A stretch of DNA of 64,000 nt, from assembly GCA_030835905.1 (NCBI GenBank), contig JAURQX010000005.1, positions 1,135 to 65,134 on the forward strand, read 5' to 3'. Origin of the DNA: Alphaproteobacteria bacterium. Its GTDB lineage: Bacteria; Pseudomonadota; Alphaproteobacteria; Rickettsiales; UBA1997. The notes beneath the pieces were generated by a model. That model was not told the origin of the DNA, made no database searches, and saw only the letters and a program-made list of their open reading frames with translations. The position numbers and the translations under genes were made by a program. Below, in pieces: positions 58,125 to 64,000 of the stretch (the first letter of the stretch is position 1; each line of letters starts with the position of its first letter).

Positions 58125-59092
58125 TTTTTATTTTTCTTAAGAAATACATGATATACGCGGTGATAATGGTAATTAAATTCTGCACCAAAAATAAAAACTA
58201 AACTTATTAAATAAAAAAACATCAAAGAAACTATGATGCCGGCTAAAGATCCATAGACAAAGTTTACTTGATCAAAATATCCAAGATAAAATGCAAAAGC
58301 TTTTTGTAATATTGAATATAAAATAACGGTTAAAATTGAACCTGGTAAAGTTTGGGTTATTTTTTGTTTAGCATTTGGTAATGCAAAATATAGTAATGAT
58401 GTTGATGCAACAATTATTAAAAAAACTATTATTTTACTAAAGTAAAAAAACCAAGCTTTAAAATCTATTCCCAAAGAAAGAAATGAATCTACTTTTTGAA
58501 GTAAGTTTGGAATAATCAAAAAAGCGATAATTCCAACAACTATAGAAAAAGTTATAATAAAAAATTCTATTATACTTACAAATCTTCGCCAAATATAAGG
58601 CGGTGGAAATTCAATACGATAGGCACGATTTAATATTGTTCGGCACCCTTCAACCGAAGACGAGGCTGTCCAGATAACACCTAAAATGGCGATTGTTAAA
58701 AAACCTTGATGTGGACCTGAAATTATCTCCTTAATTCGAGGAGCAAGAGCTTGATTCATTTCTTTAGGAACTGAATTTAGAATATATTCAATGAATTTTA
58801 TTCCTTCATTCGTTGCTCCAAAAAAACCGATAATCGCTATTAAGAAAATTAAAAATGGAAATAGTGACAAAATGCTTAAAAAAGCTAAATACCCAGCATG
58901 CTCTACACCATTTTGATTAACTAAATCAGTTATCGAAGCTTTTAGTATTTTGAAAGGAAGTTTAATATAAAGCCTAAAGAAGCTACTTTTGATCATCCTG
59001 CAAAATTTTCTAATTGTAAAACTTTTATTTCTATCATCTGAATCAACCATCTTAAAATTATGAGGTTTTTTTGTTAAATAATAATCCATCAA
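58121..59092 (-). CDS. YihY/BrkB family membrane protein
   Basis: Polytopic protein with GVEHAGYLAFLSILSLFPFLIFL and a C-terminal GAEFNY, typical of the family. An alternative start at Met15 (59050) avoids overlap with the upstream gene. Confidence 0.8.
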   Translation of the reverse strand: MMDYYLTKKPHNFKMVDSDDRNKSFTIRKFCRMIKSSFFRLYIKLPFKILKASITDLVNQNGVEHAGYLAFLSILSLFPFLIFLIAIIGFFGATNEGIKFIEYILNSVPKEMNQALAPRIKEIISGPHQGFLTIAILGVIWTASSSVEGCRTILNRAYRIEFPPPYIWRRFVSIIEFFIITFSIVVGIIAFLIIPNLLQKVDSFLSLGIDFKAWFFYFSKIIVFLIIVASTSLLYFALPNAKQKITQTLPGSILTVILYSILQKAFAFYLGYFDQVNFVYGSLAGIIVSLMFFYLISLVFIFGAEFNYHYHRVYHVFLKKNKK

Positions 59093-59495
59093 TACTAAAA
59101 CCTTCTCTAGAAAATATATGTTGCGATTCTTCTCTTTTAGAACCTAAACAACCAACTATCGCATCGCACTTAAAAATAGCAGCTTGCCATTCAGCCCAAC
59201 GAATCATCATTTTACCTACACCAATGCCTCTTTTTTTGCGATCAATCATAAAATCTTCAATTTCTAACATTTTACCAAATTGAATTTTTCTAACAATCCT
59301 AACTCCAATAACCCCAATACACCTTCCATTATCAATATCTTTATCTTCGCAAACTTGCGCCATTTTATAACCTCTTTGTATCATATTTAAAACATCGTCG
59401 ATATAGCCATCTGCATTTAAATTTTCGTATATTTGTTGCAAAACATGAAATGTTTTTTCTATATCATCGCGAGTAGAAATTTCTTTTATTTGCAT
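59058..59495 (-). CDS. GNAT family N-acetyltransferase
   Basis: Acetyl-CoA-binding motif IDRKKRGIGVGKMMI. Start trimmed to Met24 of the track ORF (cat at 59493-59495). Confidence 0.75.
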   Translation of the reverse strand: MQIKEISTRDDIEKTFHVLQQIYENLNADGYIDDVLNMIQRGYKMAQVCEDKDIDNGRCIGVIGVRIVRKIQFGKMLEIEDFMIDRKKRGIGVGKMMIRWAEWQAAIFKCDAIVGCLGSKREESQHIFSREGFSIDGLLFNKKTS

Positions 59496-59591
59496 AGTTG
59501 ATTTAATCAAAATAATTAATAGATTTTTTGGCGTTTTTGCTTTTTTATAAAAAATAATTTGCAAGTCAAGAAAACCAATTCAATTAAGTTC

Positions 59592-60791
59592 ATGAAAAAA
59601 ATCAAAAAAGTTGTCCTCGCTTATTCTGGTGGCTTAGATACATCGGTTATTCTAAAATGGCTTCAAGAAAAATATGAATGTGAAGTTGTTACATTTACTG
59701 CTGATTTAGGTCAAGGTGAAGAATTAGAGCCTGCCCGCAAAAAAGCTGAAAGCTTGGGTGTCAAACAAATTTTTATTGAAGATTTGCGCGAAGAATTTGT
59801 GCGCAACTATGTTTTTCCAATGTTTCGTGCCAATACGCTTTATGAAGGCGTTTATTTGCTTGGTACTTCAATTGCTCGGCCATTGATCGCTAAAAGACAA
59901 ATTGAAATTGCTAAACAAGTTGGAGCTGATGCGGTGGCGCATGGTGCTACTGGCAAAGGTAATGATCAAGTGCGTTTTGAAATTGGCTACTATGCCAATA
60001 ATCCTGAAATTAAAATAATCGCTCCATGGCGCGAATGGGATTTAAATTCGCGCACCAAACTTATTGATTACGCTGAAAAAAACCAAATACCAGTTGCTAA
60101 AGATAAAAGAGGTGAAGCGCCCTACTCGGTTGATGCTAATTTGCTTCACACTTCAAGTGAAGGCAAAGTTTTGGAAGATCCAAGTCAAAAGGCACCAGAA
60201 TATGTTTATCAAAGAACAGTTAGTCCGCAAGAAGCGCCTGACAAAATCACTACCATTAAAATTCAATTTAAAAATGGTGATCCAATCGCAATTGATGATC
60301 AAAAAATGTCGCCGGCACAAATTTTAACCAAGCTTAATGAATTAGGTGGTAAAAATGGTATTGGACGCCTTGATCTAGTTGAAAATCGTTTTGTTGGCAT
60401 GAAATCGCGCGGCATTTATGAAACTCCGGGTGGCACTATTCTTTTAACATCGCATCGCGCAATGGAATCAATTACTTTAGACCGTGAAGCAGCGCACCTA
60501 AAAGATGAAATTATGCCACGCTATGCCAGCTTAATTTATAATGGTTTTTGGTTTTCACCTGAGCGCAAAATGTTACAAGCTTTGATCGATGAATCACAAA
60601 AAAATGTTGAAGGTGAAGTGGTTTTAGACCTTTACAAAGGAAGTGTTACGGTTGTTGGCAGATCTTCAGCTAAAAGTCTTTATTCAGTTTCGCATGTTAC
60701 TTTTGAAGAAGATTCAGTTTATGACCAAAGAGACGCACAAGGCTTTATTAAATTGAATGCTTTGCGGTTGAGGTTGAATAGGTTTAAATAA
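59592..60791 (+). CDS. argG: argininosuccinate synthase
   Basis: [15 protein letters not shown]..., 399 aa from the ATG at 59592 (the track ORF starts earlier at a TTG). Confidence 0.96.
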   Translation: MKKIKKVVLAYSGGLDTSVILKWLQEKYECEVVTFTADLGQGEELEPARKKAESLGVKQIFIEDLREEFVRNYVFPMFRANTLYEGVYLLGTSIARPLIAKRQIEIAKQVGADAVAHGATGKGNDQVRFEIGYYANNPEIKIIAPWREWDLNSRTKLIDYAEKNQIPVAKDKRGEAPYSVDANLLHTSSEGKVLEDPSQKAPEYVYQRTVSPQEAPDKITTIKIQFKNGDPIAIDDQKMSPAQILTKLNELGGKNGIGRLDLVENRFVGMKSRGIYETPGGTILLTSHRAMESITLDREAAHLKDEIMPRYASLIYNGFWFSPERKMLQALIDESQKNVEGEVVLDLYKGSVTVVGRSSAKSLYSVSHVTFEEDSVYDQRDAQGFIKLNALRLRLNRFK

Positions 60792-60835
60792 AAATTTTGC
60801 CATGAATTAACAAATCTAATTTAAAATCCACCAAA

Positions 60836-61669
60836 ATGACAAAACAAAACCAAATTAAATTATTTGAAGATCAAAAAGTTCGTACTCACTGGAATCAAGA
60901 TGAAGAACAATGGTACTTTTCAATAATTGATGTAATTGCCATTTTGACTGAAAGCGTTGAGCCAAATGCTTATTGGCGTAAATTAAAACAACGCTTAAAA
61001 ACAGAAGGAAATCAAAGTGTGACAAATTGTCACGCTTTGAAAATGATTGCACTTGATGGCAAGATGAGATTTACTGATGTCGCCACCACTCAACAACTGT
61101 TTCGCCCAATTCAATCAATCCCTTCTAAAAAAGCTGAGCCTTTTAAATTATGGCTAGCAAAAATTGCTAATGAAAGATTTGATGAAATGCAAAATCCTGA
61201 ACTTTCAATTGATCGAGCTTTACAACAATATCTAAATCTTGGATACAGCCAAAATTGGATTAACCAAAGGCTTAAAAGCATTGAAATTCGCAAAAGCCTA
61301 ACTGATGAATGGCAAAGAATTGGCTTAAAAAAAGGTCAAGAATTTGCTAACCTAACTGATATTATTACTAAAAGTTGTAGTGGCAAAACTACCAAAGAAT
61401 ACAAGATATTGAAAGGCTTAAAGAAAGAAAATTTGCGAGATAACATGACTAACACCGAGCTAATTTTGAATATGTTAGCCGAAGCTTCAACAACCGATAT
61501 CTCAAAAGCTAAAAATCCAAGAAATTTTACTGAAAGCAAAAAAATTGCCAAGCAAGGAGGAAAAATTTCTGGCAACGCTAGAAAGGAATTAGAAGCTAAA
61601 ACTGGCAAAAAAATAGTAGTTGGATTAAATGCTAAAAAACTTTTAAAAAGTAAGGATAATGAAAAATAG
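60836..61669 (+). CDS. Bro-N domain protein, DinD-like (DNA-damage-inducible protein D / phage antirepressor family)
   Basis: N-terminal KVRTHWNQDEEQWYFSIIDVIAILTES...AYWRKLKQRL...LKMIALDGKMRFTDVA...AEPFKLWLAKIANERFDE fits the Bro-N pattern. The C-terminal half (NMTNTELILNMLAEASTTDISK...AKQGGKISGNARKELEAKTGKKIV) parallels the C-terminal half of E. coli DinD. Confidence 0.8.
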   Translation: MTKQNQIKLFEDQKVRTHWNQDEEQWYFSIIDVIAILTESVEPNAYWRKLKQRLKTEGNQSVTNCHALKMIALDGKMRFTDVATTQQLFRPIQSIPSKKAEPFKLWLAKIANERFDEMQNPELSIDRALQQYLNLGYSQNWINQRLKSIEIRKSLTDEWQRIGLKKGQEFANLTDIITKSCSGKTTKEYKILKGLKKENLRDNMTNTELILNMLAEASTTDISKAKNPRNFTESKKIAKQGGKISGNARKELEAKTGKKIVVGLNAKKLLKSKDNEK

Positions 61670-63116
61670 TCAAAACCAAGAAAGTGAACTAACTAAAGAG
61701 TCAAGAGATCCTTTTGAGGCGGATTGCTTTGGCAGAGAAGAATTAGCCAAAAAACTCTTTAACATAATTAACTACAATTGTCCTTTTATTGACGATTCTT
61801 TTGTAATTAGCCTTAATGCTCCTTTTGGTCGTGGCAAAACCACTTTTATCAGAATGTTTAGTGAATTTTTGCGACAAAAAGAAGAAACTGTTATTGAGAT
61901 AAATGCTTGGGAAACTGATTTTGCCAAAGAGCCTTTAGTGCCAATATTATGCACAATTTTAGAAGAGATTGAAAAAGTTGGCAATGAAAGCTTAACAGAA
62001 AATTTGAAAAAAATTTTAAATGCGATATTTAAGGGTGGCTATGAAATAGCTAAAAATTCTGATCCAGTAACCAAAGTCGTGCTTGATGGTGCGGAAGCAA
62101 CTTTTAAAGAGATAAAAAAACAAGAAATTGATCAACAATTTTCTAGCACCAAGAAGCAGTATGAAGATCTTAAAAAAACATTAGCTGAGTTTGTTGAAAA
62201 AACTCATAAAAAAAGATTAATTATTATTGTTGATGAGCTTGATCGTTGTCGCCCGAATTATGCCATTGAGTTTTTAGAGGCTATTAAACATATTTTTGCC
62301 ATTAAAGGAGTTTTCTTTATTTTGGCAGTTAATAAACAACAGCTCGAAGTTTCAACTAAAGCTTTATTTGGTGAAGGAATTAAATTTGATAATTATTTTT
62401 TAAGATTTGTTTCTAAAGAAGTTAAGCTTGTTGAAGGAAAATTAGAGGATTATGATAAGTTTAATCGAAGCTTGTTTAAGAAATTTTTAGAAAATAAGCC
62501 AAAAGAGCAAAAACCTATTTTTAACGTAGATGTTACATATGAATTTGATTCTAGTCTGGTTAAAATATCTAACAAATTACAAGAATTAATAAATTGGAAT
62601 AGTAAATTATTTTCTAGTTTTAAATTTGAGCCAAGACAAATAGAAAGATTTTACAAAGATTTTAGTTATTTTATTTACAGAAAAAATGATTGGCCAAAAA
62701 ATCAAGATACTTCTCTATTGTGGGTTAAAGGATTATCCTTTTTACTTGTTTTAAGAATTTTAAATAATGGTCTTTTTAATCTTCTACCCAAAGATCATGA
62801 TAAATTTATTGTGGAATTGATTAAAGAATTAAAGAAATTTGGACTGTGTTTTAAAAAGACAAATTCTGAATTTTTTAAATCTAAAAGAGATTTCTGGTAT
62901 TTTGGTGGCGAAATATTGTCGTTTTTTTATTACGAAAAAAATCATCAGTGCAATGATAAGATTGTTGAAGTTTTTCAAGAAAATTTTTTTGGAGAAGATA
63001 ATGAAGAAACTCTAGAAGAGGCAAAGAGTATTATTAAACCGAGAGGATTGGATGAAATTACTATGCGCAATGTATTTAAAAGAATCCAAGAGCTCAAAAC
63101 CATCGAAGACAATTAA
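61659..63116 (+). CDS. KAP family P-loop NTPase (soluble variant, no inserted TM helices seen)
   Basis: Walker A LNAPFGRGKTTF, family-typical INAWETDFAKEPLVPIL, Walker B LIIIVDELDRCRPNYAIEFLE. AAGGA lies 3 nt upstream of the ATG. The start overlaps the upstream gene by 11 nt. Confidence 0.85.
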   Translation: MKNSQNQESELTKESRDPFEADCFGREELAKKLFNIINYNCPFIDDSFVISLNAPFGRGKTTFIRMFSEFLRQKEETVIEINAWETDFAKEPLVPILCTILEEIEKVGNESLTENLKKILNAIFKGGYEIAKNSDPVTKVVLDGAEATFKEIKKQEIDQQFSSTKKQYEDLKKTLAEFVEKTHKKRLIIIVDELDRCRPNYAIEFLEAIKHIFAIKGVFFILAVNKQQLEVSTKALFGEGIKFDNYFLRFVSKEVKLVEGKLEDYDKFNRSLFKKFLENKPKEQKPIFNVDVTYEFDSSLVKISNKLQELINWNSKLFSSFKFEPRQIERFYKDFSYFIYRKNDWPKNQDTSLLWVKGLSFLLVLRILNNGLFNLLPKDHDKFIVELIKELKKFGLCFKKTNSEFFKSKRDFWYFGGEILSFFYYEKNHQCNDKIVEVFQENFFGEDNEETLEEAKSIIKPRGLDEITMRNVFKRIQELKTIEDN

Positions 63117-63139
63117 TATTAACAACAAAACTAATAATC

Positions 63140-64000
63140 ATGAACTTTAATCGACTTAAAGACTGCGTAGTTACTAATAAAAATGTGTTGGTGCGTGTTG
63201 ATATTAATGTGCCGATCAAAGATGGCAAAATTACTGACGACACCAGAATTAGAGCGGTGATCCCTACCCTTGAATATTTAGCAAAAAATAAGGCAAAAGT
63301 TATTGTGATTTCGCATTTTGGTCGGCCAAAAGGACAAAAAGTTGCGTCAATGTCTTTAGTGCAAACTATTGAGCGCATTGCCGAATTACTACCAAATATT
63401 AAGGTTAATTTTGTTGATGATTGCATTGGTGACAAGGTTAAAGAAGAAGTTAGCAAAACCAATTATGGTGAGGTTATTTTGTTAGAAAATTTGCGATTTT
63501 ACACTCAAGAAGAAAAAAACGACGCTGAATTTTCAAGGCAATTAGCATCACTTGCTAATCTTTATGTTAATGATGCTTTTTCTTGCTCGCACCGCGCCCA
63601 TGCATCAATTGTTGGTGTGGCTCAAATTCTTAAAAGTGTGGCTGGGTTTCAAATGGAAAAGGAATTAGATAATCTTAATAATTTGCTACAAAATTCTAAA
63701 AGGCCAATGATGGCGGTGATTGGTGGTGCTAAAATTTCTAGTAAAATTGATTTAGTTAAATCACTTAGCAAAAAATGTGATGCTATTTTTATTGCTGGCG
63801 CCATGGCTAATACCTTCTTTTATGCGATGGGTAATAATGTTGGTAAATCACTTTTTGAAGCCGATTTTAAAGAGGTGGCTTTAAATGCTATTGAGGAAGC
63901 CAAGAAAAATAATTGCCAAATTATTTTGCCAAAAGATGTGGTAGTGTGTAAAAAATTAGAAAATAACACAACTTCACAAAATATTGATTTAAGTGAGGTG
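63140..64000 (+). CDS. pgk: phosphoglycerate kinase (5' 287 codons; runs off the window end)
   Basis: My translation from the ATG at 63140 gives MNFNRLKDCVVTNKNVLVRVDINVPIKDGKITDDTRIRAVIPTLEYLAKNKAKVIVISHFGRPKG. The frame stays open to base 64000. It is absent from the track because it has no stop in the window. Confidence 0.95.
   Translation, partial: MNFNRLKDCVVTNKNVLVRVDINVPIKDGKITDDTRIRAVIPTLEYLAKNKAKVIVISHFGRPKGQKVASMSLVQTIERIAELLPNIKVNFVDDCIGDKVKEEVSKTNYGEVILLENLRFYTQEEKNDAEFSRQLASLANLYVNDAFSCSHRAHASIVGVAQILKSVAGFQMEKELDNLNNLLQNSKRPMMAVIGGAKISSKIDLVKSLSKKCDAIFIAGAMANTFFYAMGNNVGKSLFEADFKEVALNAIEEAKKNNCQIILPKDVVVCKKLENNTTSQNIDLSEV

Noticed and set aside
63094-63462. 122-aa minus-strand ORF
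   Set aside because: It is antisense to the clearly recognisable pgk reading frame that starts at 63140.
59592-64000. Apparent enrichment of GC-rich codons (CGC/GCG) in argG and pgk compared with e.g. gyrB or the orphan genes, which could suggest a compositional island or chimeric join
   Set aside because: The few 60-nt lines I counted by hand range from about 20% to 43% GC within and between core genes. guaA and gpsA look similar to argG, and the KAP gene itself is AT-rich in parts. Without a sliding-window GC and codon-usage computation I cannot support a boundary.

Overview
AT-rich (about 30% GC by eye), gene-dense bacterial chromosome segment. I call about 55 protein genes, 2 tRNAs (Cys-GCA, His-GUG) and a type-A RNase P RNA. 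I found no rRNA, CRISPR array, IS element, transposase or prophage block. Most genes are housekeeping with an alphaproteobacterial flavour: alphaproteobacterial-type AddA, a Tim44-like protein, eukaryote-like NADP-IDH, nuoM/nuoN, and rpsL-rpsG-fusA without tuf. Recognised genes include pyrG, rpsL, rpsG, fusA, rpmG, icd, nadA, trpS, rnpB, nhaA, addA, gyrB, rpsU, hpf, acnA, aroA, nuoN, nuoM, xerD, thiD, pyrC, guaA, gpsA, acpS, map, metF, proB, rho, purQ, purS, argG and pgk (3' partial). The tRNA-His keeps G-1/C73 and biosynthetic genes are retained, which fits a streamlined or host-associated alphaproteobacterium outside the clade that lost G-1. I cannot name the species. Parts not explained by ordinary housekeeping: (1) a translationally coupled Bro-N/DinD-like + soluble KAP P-loop NTPase cassette between argG and pgk, my best candidate for an undescribed conflict/defence module; (2) a very divergent PilM-PilN-fusion/PilO/PilP-like triad with no secretin or ATPase nearby, plus a 328-aa atypical prepilin-like protein elsewhere; (3) alaS cut off after codon 274, exactly at the 3' end of convergent nhaA; (4) a GT-A-like gene and a 156-bp nested inverted-repeat element between rpsG and fusA; (5) several low-GC orphan proteins (532, 686 and 201 aa); (6) Rho with a roughly 112-aa low-complexity N-terminal extension. 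All calls rest on reading the supplied translations and DNA by eye. No searches or computations were run, and RNA and hairpin boundaries are approximate.
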